A stretch of 16,437 nucleotides of DNA from the NCBI GenBank assembly GCA_046758365.1, contig JBHIAC010000071.1, positions 1 to 16,437 on the forward strand. Reading direction: 5' to 3'. Positions 7,991-15,545 of the stretch are shown here, in pieces. A program made the translations under genes and the position numbers. This DNA is from a bacterium (GTDB taxonomy: Bacteria; Zhuqueibacterota; Zhuqueibacteria; Oceanimicrobiales; Oceanimicrobiaceae). The notes beneath the pieces are model-generated. The model searched no databases, was not told the origin of the DNA, and saw nothing but the letters and a program-made list of their open reading frames with translations. Positions within the stretch are counted from its first letter, which is position 1; the number at the start of each line of letters is the position of its first letter.

Positions 7991-8836
7991 ATGCCGAAAG
8001 TGAGTGTCTTGCTACCAGTTTACAATGAAGAAAAGTGGATTGCCTCCGCCATCAGGAGCATTTTAAATCAAACGTTCAATGATTTTGAGTTTCTAATTAT
8101 AAACGATGGCTCCCAAGATAAAACTGAATCCATTATCCGGTCGTTTTCAGATAGAAGGATCCGATTAATAAACAACGACAAGAATCTTGGTGTTGTAAAA
8201 TCTTCAAATAAAGGCATCTTTTCTGCTGATGGTGAATATATTGCTCGAGTTGATGCCGATGATATCTCATTGCCTTCGCGTTTAGAAAAGCAAGTACAAT
8301 TTATGGAACAACATCCTGAGGTGGCGGTCTTGGGAACAGCCGCATATCATAATAATAAAATAAGAAAAGAAAAATTTATTCGAATTCCTCCATTAGATGA
8401 TTACAAAATTAAATGTGAGATGGTTAAATATGTTCCTCTCGAACAAAGTAGTGTTATTGCACGCACTTCTATCATGAAAGAGATGGGAGGCTATGACGAA
8501 AGTTATGATGATGTAGAAGATTTGGAACTATGGATAAGAATTGGGAAAATGTTTAAATTGGCGAATTTATCGGAGCCATTAATCATAAGAAACGTTCGAC
8601 CAGATAGCTTTTGGTATTCCAATTTCAATGTTGTTGCAAGACAACTAAAATTTTCAAAGGTAGCCATGAAGGCAATTTCTACATTTGATTTGCCGAAATG
8701 GAATTATTTTTACATATTAACTAAAGTAATTTATGGAATTGTCCCACACTCTATTAAGCGGCTTATTCGAAAAATAGCCTCAAAAAGTTTGGAAATTGAA
8801 GTAGAGGAATTACCTTCAACTGTAATAGGTTATTGA
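7991..8836 (+). CDS. Glycosyltransferase family 2
   Basis: PKVSVLLPVYN, INDGSQD, YIARVDADD...P.RLEKQ and EDLELW motifs. Confidence 0.93.
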   Translation: MPKVSVLLPVYNEEKWIASAIRSILNQTFNDFEFLIINDGSQDKTESIIRSFSDRRIRLINNDKNLGVVKSSNKGIFSADGEYIARVDADDISLPSRLEKQVQFMEQHPEVAVLGTAAYHNNKIRKEKFIRIPPLDDYKIKCEMVKYVPLEQSSVIARTSIMKEMGGYDESYDDVEDLELWIRIGKMFKLANLSEPLIIRNVRPDSFWYSNFNVVARQLKFSKVAMKAISTFDLPKWNYFYILTKVIYGIVPHSIKRLIRKIASKSLEIEVEELPSTVIGY

Positions 8837-8854
8837 AGTGCGGTGTTCTTATTA

Positions 8855-8881
8855 GACAGGATGAACAGGAATATCAGGATT
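8855..8881 (+). repeat. Three tandem degenerate 9-mers with a CAGGA core
   Basis: GACAGGATG-AACAGGAAT-ATCAGGATT in the GT2/sulfatase spacer. Confidence 0.6.
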
Positions 8882-8941
8882 TTATTATTAATTTTATTTA
8901 TTTAAAATAAATCTTTTGGTTAAGCTAATTAGAGCGTTAAG

Positions 8942-10429
8942 ATGTATTTGCCGAATATAATGTTGCTTGTTTTGGATACAACCCGAGCGAGAAATCTCTC
9001 GTGCTATGGCTATTCAAAAGAAACGAGTCCTAATCTGGACAAAATCGCCAGTGAGGGAGTCTTGTTCACCCAAGCCATTAGCAATGCCTCTTGGACCCTA
9101 CCCGCTCATGCGAGTCTTTTTACAGGTACCTTTCCATCTTTTCATTTGGTAAACAATTGGAGCGACCGTCTTTCTGACCAATTTGTTACTATGGCTCAGT
9201 TTTTTTCGGGCCTGGGCTACCAAACCATGGCTATCAACAACAATTCATGGATAAATGAACAATTCGGGTTAGATCGAGGGTTTGAGGTACATAAAAAAAT
9301 GTGGCTGCTTTTTCAATCTTCTAATGATTTAAATATTACGAGCCGCTCTATTAAACATCGAAATCTATTAAGAAAAATAACGGAACTATCCAAAAACATT
9401 ATAAAAGGTAACGTATTTCTAAATCTAATGAATGGATTTTACGGTCAGTTTTTATACAATCGGCAGGACCTAGGAGGAAGACGGATCATTAGGGCTTTTG
9501 AAAAGTGGCTTCATACAGAAAGAAATGAAGAGAAGCCTTATTTTTTGTTTATAAATCTCTTAGAGCCACATCTACCCTATAAGCCTCCCCGTGAGTATCT
9601 TAATCGATTTCTAAATGGTAAATTTACTGAAGAACGCATAAAACGTCTGAATCAAGACCCTTTATCATATATCACGGGTAATGAGGAAAAAGATGAAACA
9701 GACATTGAAATATTAACACATTTATACAATGCCGAAATTAATTATCTTGATTCATTGATCGGCTCCATTTATAGCATCCTTGCAAGTGCTTGCCTTCTTG
9801 ATAAGACTATTTTAATAATCGTAGGAGATCACGGTGAGAATCTTGGCGAACATAAGTTGATGAGTCATTTTTTTTGTTTATATGATACGCTTATTCATGT
9901 CCCATTTATTATGCGGTATCCATCCGTATTACCAAAAGCAACAAAGAATGAAAAAATAGTTCAACTTAGTGACATTTTTCCTACCTTAGCTGCTTCAGTA
10001 GGATTTGAAGATCATTTGCCAAAAGATCAAATAGAAGGAAGAAATATATTCACCTCTACCCAAAATCAAAATAATAGAATTGCGGTATCCGAACTTTTGG
10101 GTGTTAACCCGCCCTTAAATGTAATTGCCAAAAAAACTGGCCTGCGTGGAAAGGAATTAGCAAAGTATGATAAAAAGATTGTAGCTTTTCGTGATAAACA
10201 ATACAAATATATTCAGGATAGCTTAGGAAATGAGGAACTGTATAACATTGTAGAAGATCCGCATGAATTAAAGAATCTAATTGATCAAAAGCTAAGGAAA
10301 CGTAAAAAGTTTAAACGAGTCAAAAAGTCTTGGGATTCAAGGGGAATACAAGACGGCCGTCCCCACCCTGAGAGTACAAAAGTCGATTCCGAGACCTTAG
10401 ATCGATTAAAAGCTCTTGGTTATTTATAA
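8942..10429 (+). CDS. Sulfatase-like hydrolase/transferase (AlkP superfamily) with a non-canonical Thr active-site motif
   Basis: PNIMLLVLDTTRA, WTLPAHASLFTG, EPHLPY, YNAEI.YLD, GDHGE.LGEH, HVPFI, ELYN...DP.E..NL and C-terminal RLKALGYL. No signal peptide. Confidence 0.88.
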   Translation: MYLPNIMLLVLDTTRARNLSCYGYSKETSPNLDKIASEGVLFTQAISNASWTLPAHASLFTGTFPSFHLVNNWSDRLSDQFVTMAQFFSGLGYQTMAINNNSWINEQFGLDRGFEVHKKMWLLFQSSNDLNITSRSIKHRNLLRKITELSKNIIKGNVFLNLMNGFYGQFLYNRQDLGGRRIIRAFEKWLHTERNEEKPYFLFINLLEPHLPYKPPREYLNRFLNGKFTEERIKRLNQDPLSYITGNEEKDETDIEILTHLYNAEINYLDSLIGSIYSILASACLLDKTILIIVGDHGENLGEHKLMSHFFCLYDTLIHVPFIMRYPSVLPKATKNEKIVQLSDIFPTLAASVGFEDHLPKDQIEGRNIFTSTQNQNNRIAVSELLGVNPPLNVIAKKTGLRGKELAKYDKKIVAFRDKQYKYIQDSLGNEELYNIVEDPHELKNLIDQKLRKRKKFKRVKKSWDSRGIQDGRPHPESTKVDSETLDRLKALGYL

Positions 10430-10445
10430 AATTTAGAATTATTTT

Positions 10446-11426
10446 ATGAGCTACTCGTACTTATCAATTATTATTCCAACCAAAAACCGAGCCACAGATC
10501 TCACAATCACCTTACGATCTGTCTTTGCACAAACTCGACTACCTGATGAGATTGTAATTGTTGATCAAAGTAATTCTAATGATGCTCAGCGATCTGTTGA
10601 AGAACTCATTAGTGAATTACAAATGCAACCAAAAATTATATATTTACACGATGAGCATATTTGTGGGGCTTCGCAGGCAAGAAATAAAGGCTTCGAAAAC
10701 TGTCAAGGTACTCATATTTTAATTTTAGACGATGATGTTACGTTGCAGCCTAATTATATCGAAACATGTCTTTCAAAGATGCAAAATACGACCTGGCTGG
10801 ATGGAATTGCAGGATACCGGCAAGTACCCGGAGAAAAGCTTTTAAGAACACGATTATTTTGGCTTGGATTATTTTATGTTGGACCTTTTCGATATTATTT
10901 TCAAAATATGCATGTTACGTTTAGAGCATCTAAGAAAAATATTAGAAATGTATTATATAAACTTGATGCTATTGGAGGGGGCTGGTTTTTAATAAAACGT
11001 GAGGTTTTTGAGCATATTAAATATGATGAAAATTTAATTGGAATTTGTGAGGATCAAGATTATTTTCTCCGAGCCAGCTCAAAATTCAAATTTGCCCTCA
11101 CACCGGAAACCTATGTCATTCATAGAAAATCAACCGCTAATTCATACTTAATAAACCGAGTCAAAAATAAAGATCATCATGAATGTAAAATGCTTTCGAT
11201 GGGGTATTTATTTAAAAAGAATCTAAGTGGGACTTTCATCAATGGATTGTGTTATGGATGGCTGTGCATTGGTCTGTTTTTGGATGCGGTTCGGAGTTCG
11301 CTATTTTCTTTTTCATTCGGCCCAATTAAGGGCACCTTAATGGGCTTATACAAGATATTGCATGGATTTAAGGGCGCTCCGATTCTTATTCAAGAAAACC
11401 TGAAATCATGCAGTATAGTAAAATAA
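10446..11426 (+). CDS. Glycosyltransferase family 2
   Basis: LSIIIPTKNR, IVIVDQS, ARNKG, ILILDDD and EDQDY motifs. Confidence 0.9.
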   Translation: MSYSYLSIIIPTKNRATDLTITLRSVFAQTRLPDEIVIVDQSNSNDAQRSVEELISELQMQPKIIYLHDEHICGASQARNKGFENCQGTHILILDDDVTLQPNYIETCLSKMQNTTWLDGIAGYRQVPGEKLLRTRLFWLGLFYVGPFRYYFQNMHVTFRASKKNIRNVLYKLDAIGGGWFLIKREVFEHIKYDENLIGICEDQDYFLRASSKFKFALTPETYVIHRKSTANSYLINRVKNKDHHECKMLSMGYLFKKNLSGTFINGLCYGWLCIGLFLDAVRSSLFSFSFGPIKGTLMGLYKILHGFKGAPILIQENLKSCSIVK

Positions 11427-12607
11427 AGATTTTACATATTACTGAACCAACTATCGATGGAGTTAAAACCCATGTTGTTGATTTGCTTGCTCACTTAAAC
11501 AAAGATACCTTCCAAATAACACTAATTTATTCAATACATCGAAGTGATCCCAATTTTAAAAGCGAATTAGCATTCTTAGAGTCTAGAGGCATACAAACTT
11601 TCCCGTGCACAATATCAGGCCAGATAAGACCCATGGAGGATTGGATTGTGTTTCTTAATATTTTAAATTTTATTAGAAACAATAAATTTGATATCGTTCA
11701 TGGCCATAGTTCAAAAGCTGGATTTATAGCTCGTTTGGCATCCAAAATCGTGCATGTACCAGTCATAATTTATACGCCTCATGCATTTCCCTTTCAGAAT
11801 AATCATAGTTATGTTAAGAGCCTGGGTTATATTTATCTTGAGAAGTTAGCAGCCAAATTTTGTGATAGGATAATCTGTGTTTCTCAAGAAGAAAAAAAGG
11901 TGGCTGTGAGTAACAAAATTGCTCCTGTAACTAAATTCCAGGTGATTCCTAATGCAATTAATTTTAATAAGTTCAGGTTCACCAAGCCGGTCAATTTACA
12001 GCAGATATACCCAAACTTTATTCAAGATGGAGATTTAATAATTACCACAGTAGGGAGAATATCTTATCAAAAGGCCCCAGAAATCTTCGTAAAAGCTGCT
12101 TCGATTGTTGCCAAAGAATTAAATAACACCAAATTTCTTTACATAGGTTCAGGTGAATTGAGAGAAACAATGGAAAGACTGGCGTTAAAATTAGGCTTAA
12201 GGAACAGAATGATTTTTACAGGATATCGAAATGATGTTTTCGACCTTTTAAAGTCTTCTGATATATTCGTGCTTTCTTCCCGATATGAAGGATTACCCTA
12301 TTCAATTCTGGAGGCCATGGCATTAAAGTTACCGGTGGTTGCTACCAATGTAACGGGCACCTCTGAATTGGTCATTAACGGCAAAACAGGTATTTTGGTA
12401 CCTCCTGAAAATGACAAAGCATTAGGACGGGGAATTTTATCTTTAATTAAAAATCCAAAAGCAAGAAAGAAATTAGGGATGGCAGGCTACAAACATGTTT
12501 TGGAAAATTATGATTTGGATACAATGATTCGTTTAACAGAAGATTTATATGAGCAACTCTTTCTTAATTACATTAATAGAAAAAGAAGTGCAATAAATAT
12601 CCATTAA
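11408..12607 (+). CDS. Glycosyltransferase family 4 (GT-B, retaining)
   Basis: DIVHGHSSKAG, YTPHAF, VGRISYQKAP, the E-x7-E motif EGLPYSILE, and PVVATNVTG. Overlaps the previous gene by 19 nt. Confidence 0.93.
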   Translation: MQYSKIKILHITEPTIDGVKTHVVDLLAHLNKDTFQITLIYSIHRSDPNFKSELAFLESRGIQTFPCTISGQIRPMEDWIVFLNILNFIRNNKFDIVHGHSSKAGFIARLASKIVHVPVIIYTPHAFPFQNNHSYVKSLGYIYLEKLAAKFCDRIICVSQEEKKVAVSNKIAPVTKFQVIPNAINFNKFRFTKPVNLQQIYPNFIQDGDLIITTVGRISYQKAPEIFVKAASIVAKELNNTKFLYIGSGELRETMERLALKLGLRNRMIFTGYRNDVFDLLKSSDIFVLSSRYEGLPYSILEAMALKLPVVATNVTGTSELVINGKTGILVPPENDKALGRGILSLIKNPKARKKLGMAGYKHVLENYDLDTMIRLTEDLYEQLFLNYINRKRSAINIH

Positions 12608-12643
12608 ATTTAATATTTATAACTAAAGTTTTTTAGCTTCCTG

Positions 12644-12668
12644 TCTTTTTGCACCTACGCCATTTATT
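12644..12668 (+). repeat. 25-bp intergenic motif, copy 2
   Basis: TCTTTTTGCACCTACGCCATTTATT is 23/25 identical to 735-759, in the same orientation. Confidence 0.75.
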
Positions 12669-12710
12669 GTTTTGGAGGGTTTTTCCATTTCAGTCCCCAT
12701 TAATTAAATA

Positions 12711-12864
12711 GTGTTTGAACGAAAACTCGACCATCAATGTCATTCCGGCAATCTTTAAGCCGGCCTGTCCCGAACTCTATTCGGGGAATCTCATCATCTC
12801 AGGCAGGGGATTCCCACTTAAAAAATGCGGGAATGACAAGAAAAGGATGTTTTCGGTCAAACCC
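12711..12864. mobile_element. 154-bp MITE-like element with 16-bp terminal inverted repeats and a 6-bp target-site duplication
   Basis: Left end GTGTTTGAACGAAAAC matches the reverse complement of right end GTTTTCGGTCAAACCC at 14/16. Direct repeat TAAATA at 12705-12710 and 12865-12870. No coding capacity. Confidence 0.7.
12738..12838. repeat. REP-like inverted doublet (GTCATTCC...GGAATGAC type) inside the MITE, carrying a 23-bp inserted hairpin
   Basis: TGTCATTCCGGCA (12738-12750) and TGCGGGAATGACA (12826-12838) are inverted at 12/13. Each arm forms its own ATTCC...GGAAT hairpin. The left hairpin is interrupted by 12764-12786. Confidence 0.75.
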
Positions 12865-13056
12865 TAAATAGGAAACTTATTTTCTGCCTCTTCTATTGAA
12901 TTATAGTTTCTGGAAAACGTCTACAATTTCTGCAAATCGTTCTAAATGTTTGTATAACAATAAGTAATACAGTAGTTGAACAAAGAATATCAGGCTTAAT
13001 TTTCATTGGAAGAAAAAAATATTATTTAATCAGCCAGTTATTTCTTAAACCTATCG

Positions 13057-14460
13057 ATGTTAAAAAAGTATTCAAAACTTTTTGTTTTATTACTTGCGAT
13101 TTCAGACGTTGTTATCATTGGGTCGTCTTTTTTATTGGCCTATTATCTGCGGTTTTATTCAAATATTTTTGTAGTTACAACTGTACATCCTTTTGACTTC
13201 TATCTATACTTTTTTATATTAGCTATTGCTTTATGGCTTATTCTTTTTACAGCCCTAGATTTATATAAACCTCGTAGAACCAACTCCGTTTTTGCTGATG
13301 CAAAACCTCTGTTTTTGGGAAATGCTTTAGGTATCCTTGTTATTTGCTCCTTCTCCTTTTTCTATCGGGAACATTCCTATTCACGACTTACCTTTATCTT
13401 ATTTGGAGGGATAAATTTTGTTTTATTGCAAGGTAGCCGTTTCGTCATTCGAGGTTTTCTAAAATGGTTAAGAAAAAAAGGGTATAACAAACGAAGAGCT
13501 TTAATTGTTGGTGCGGGTAAGCTGGGCCTGCGAGTGGCCAAAGCCTTTCAGCAACCTACTTCCTATGGATATGAAGTCATAGGTTTTTTAGATGATGTTT
13601 ACACCAACGGCAAGTATAAAAAGCAGGGCTTAGAGATCTTAGGAAGAACTTCCTGTATAAAAAAAATATTAAATTCACGGAATGTAGATAGAGTCATTAT
13701 AGCCCTGCCCATTAAGGACTATAAGAAAATTTATCACATCGTTACCATCTGTGAAGCCGAAGGAGTTGAGACGGATATAGTCCCAGATCTTTTTCAAATA
13801 GTACAGCCGATTACAAAGGTAATAAATTTTAACGGTCTTCCCATGGTGAGCGTTCGAAGGACGCCAGTTAATACCTGGACTTATAGAGTTTTAAAACGAA
13901 TATTTGATATTATATTTTCTTTGTTGATTCTTATAGTAACTCTTCCCATCACGATTCTAATTGCTGTTGGAATTAAATTAACCTCCCCAGGGCCAATCTT
14001 TTTTAAACAAGAGCGAATTGGCAAAAAAAGAAAACCGTTTTTAATGTACAAGTTTCGCACTATGCGGGTTTGTTCAAAAAAAGTAAGCGATACCATCTGG
14101 ACTTTAGAATCAGACAAAAGAAGGACTAAATTCGGGGTTTTTTTGAGGAAAACCAGTTTGGATGAACTGCCGCAATTTATAAATGTGCTCAAAGGAGATA
14201 TGAGTGTAGTAGGCCCTCGTCCAGAACGGCCCTATTTTGCGAAACGGTTCAAAGGCCGCATTCCTAAATATATGGTACGCTATCAGGTGAGAACGGGCAT
14301 TACTGGATTGGCGCAAGTAAATGGCTGGCGCGGTGATACTTCAATCAAAAAAAGGTTAGAGCACGATTTGTTTTATCTCGAGAATTGGTCTTTATGGCTG
14401 GATCTTAAAATTATTCTTAAGACAATTATCAATGGTTTAATAAATAAAAACGCCTACTAA
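13057..14460 (+). CDS. wcaJ: Undecaprenyl-phosphate glucose/hexose-1-phosphate transferase (priming transferase)
   Basis: Four N-terminal TM helices, Rossmann-like LIVGAGKLG...VIGFLDD, then KRIFDI, KFRTM, SLDELPQFINVLKGDMSVVGPRPER, GITGLAQVNGWRGDTSI and DLFYLENWSLWLDLKI. The sugar specificity is inferred. Confidence 0.92.
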   Translation: MLKKYSKLFVLLLAISDVVIIGSSFLLAYYLRFYSNIFVVTTVHPFDFYLYFFILAIALWLILFTALDLYKPRRTNSVFADAKPLFLGNALGILVICSFSFFYREHSYSRLTFILFGGINFVLLQGSRFVIRGFLKWLRKKGYNKRRALIVGAGKLGLRVAKAFQQPTSYGYEVIGFLDDVYTNGKYKKQGLEILGRTSCIKKILNSRNVDRVIIALPIKDYKKIYHIVTICEAEGVETDIVPDLFQIVQPITKVINFNGLPMVSVRRTPVNTWTYRVLKRIFDIIFSLLILIVTLPITILIAVGIKLTSPGPIFFKQERIGKKRKPFLMYKFRTMRVCSKKVSDTIWTLESDKRRTKFGVFLRKTSLDELPQFINVLKGDMSVVGPRPERPYFAKRFKGRIPKYMVRYQVRTGITGLAQVNGWRGDTSIKKRLEHDLFYLENWSLWLDLKIILKTIINGLINKNAY

Positions 14461-14531
14461 CCTCTACTTACCTAACTATTATCAATTTAATTCCAAATCC
14501 TTACCTTTCATTACTTTTATTTTATATTCCG

Positions 14532-14582
14532 TTTTTAATAATATTAAAAAATATTGACAAAATGTGTTAGTATTAGTAAATT
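14532..14582 (+). promoter_or_regulatory. Putative sigma70 promoter with an upstream perfect inverted repeat
   Basis: TTGACA (14554-14559), 17 nt, TAAATT (14577-14582). TTTTTAATA-a-TATTAAAAA lies at 14532-14550. Confidence 0.55.
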
Positions 14583-14848
14583 AATACACAATAAATGAAT
14601 CTTTTTAATTTAATTCTGAATTTTTAGTAACTTTTTAGAGAAAAAAATAGATAATTATTAATTTCTCTACAAAAAATATTTTCCATTATTACTTTTTTGC
14701 CTTTATTTTAGGCATCTAAAAATTAAATATTTCTCAAAAATGAGGAATTTGATATGCCATTGTAATCAAGATCCCTTTTTATTTAATCGGATAGCCAAGG
14801 TAAATAACATCTAATATTTCTTGATGTTTTCTAAGGAGAAACATAGAA

Positions 14849-15498
14849 ATGAAGAAAACTCTTTGTTTGTTTTGTATCCTACTATTCGTGAGTACAATGT
14901 ATTCAGACATAAGAGGTCAAAATATTTTTTTAGATATTTTTTTTGCAGAGCCGCGGCACGGTGGCTTTAAAATACTAAAACATGACGATTATGATATATC
15001 CGATGCCAATCACTTTGTAGGAAGTGGCGTCCTTGCTTTAGGATTCTACAAGCTTTTCCAGTCCCGGAAAATTAAGCATCCGAAAGTTTGGGCGGGGGTG
15101 TTAACTACTAGCTTGGGATTGCTAAAGGAATGGGAAGATGGCTACAGAGAAGGTTGGTCGATTAAAGATACAATTCTTAACCAGTTTGGGATTGTCTCCT
15201 TTTTGTTATTAAGCGAATATACCCATTTCACTTTGACAATTGATGAAGTCTTTTCACGTCCACACTATTTCGGAGTGGGACTTCGATTCTTTAGAACCTC
15301 TGAAATAAAGCCCCTGAACTCTTCGATTGGATTTTTCGCCTACTATATAACAATGATGAAATTAGGATGGGTTTGGACATCCACCTATTTCACGTAGAGC
15401 GGTTGGAATTTCACATCGGACTCACGTTTTTTAATGTAAGAGATGCAAACAATTTAGATATCCAGCCTGATTTCGGACTTGGATTCAAATTGTATTAG
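14849..15498 (+). pseudogene. Secreted YfiM/DUF2279-like protein with predicted beta-barrel C-terminus, interrupted by a -1 frameshift (pseudogene or sequencing error)
   Basis: AAGGAG RBS and a signal peptide. D..HF.GS...LGLLKEWEDG..EGWSIKD resembles the YfiM motif. Frame 0 stops at 15397. The -1 frame is open 15304-15498 and encodes NNDEIRMGLDIHLFHVERLEFHIGLTFFNVRDANNLDIQPDFGLGFKLY*. Confidence 0.65.
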
Positions 15499-15545
15499 AA
15501 TTGGGTATAAATAAAATTTTTCTAATTCCAAGGAAAGAAACCATT

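Noticed and set aside
8942..10429. Annotation as a canonical arylsulfatase or choline sulfatase
   Set aside because: It lacks the C/S-x-P-x-R formylglycine motif, and no maturation enzyme is encoded in the window.
12746..12761. GG-N10-GC (CGGCAATCTTTAAGCC) as a sigma54 promoter for wcaJ
   Set aside because: It is a by-product of the REP hairpin symmetry and lacks both the T before GG and the TT before GC.
208..14316. Short ORFs in the track (208-408, 333-527, 967-1149, 2855-3058, 3377-3682, 3926-4108, 4710-4916, 8967-9152, 13881-14192, 14110-14316)
   Set aside because: All lie entirely inside well-supported + strand genes, either antisense or out of frame, and have no recognisable motifs. 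They are shadow ORFs.
14743..14760. Minus-strand TGGCAT as a sigma54 -24 element
   Set aside because: There is no GC at the required 10-nt spacing and no divergent gene.
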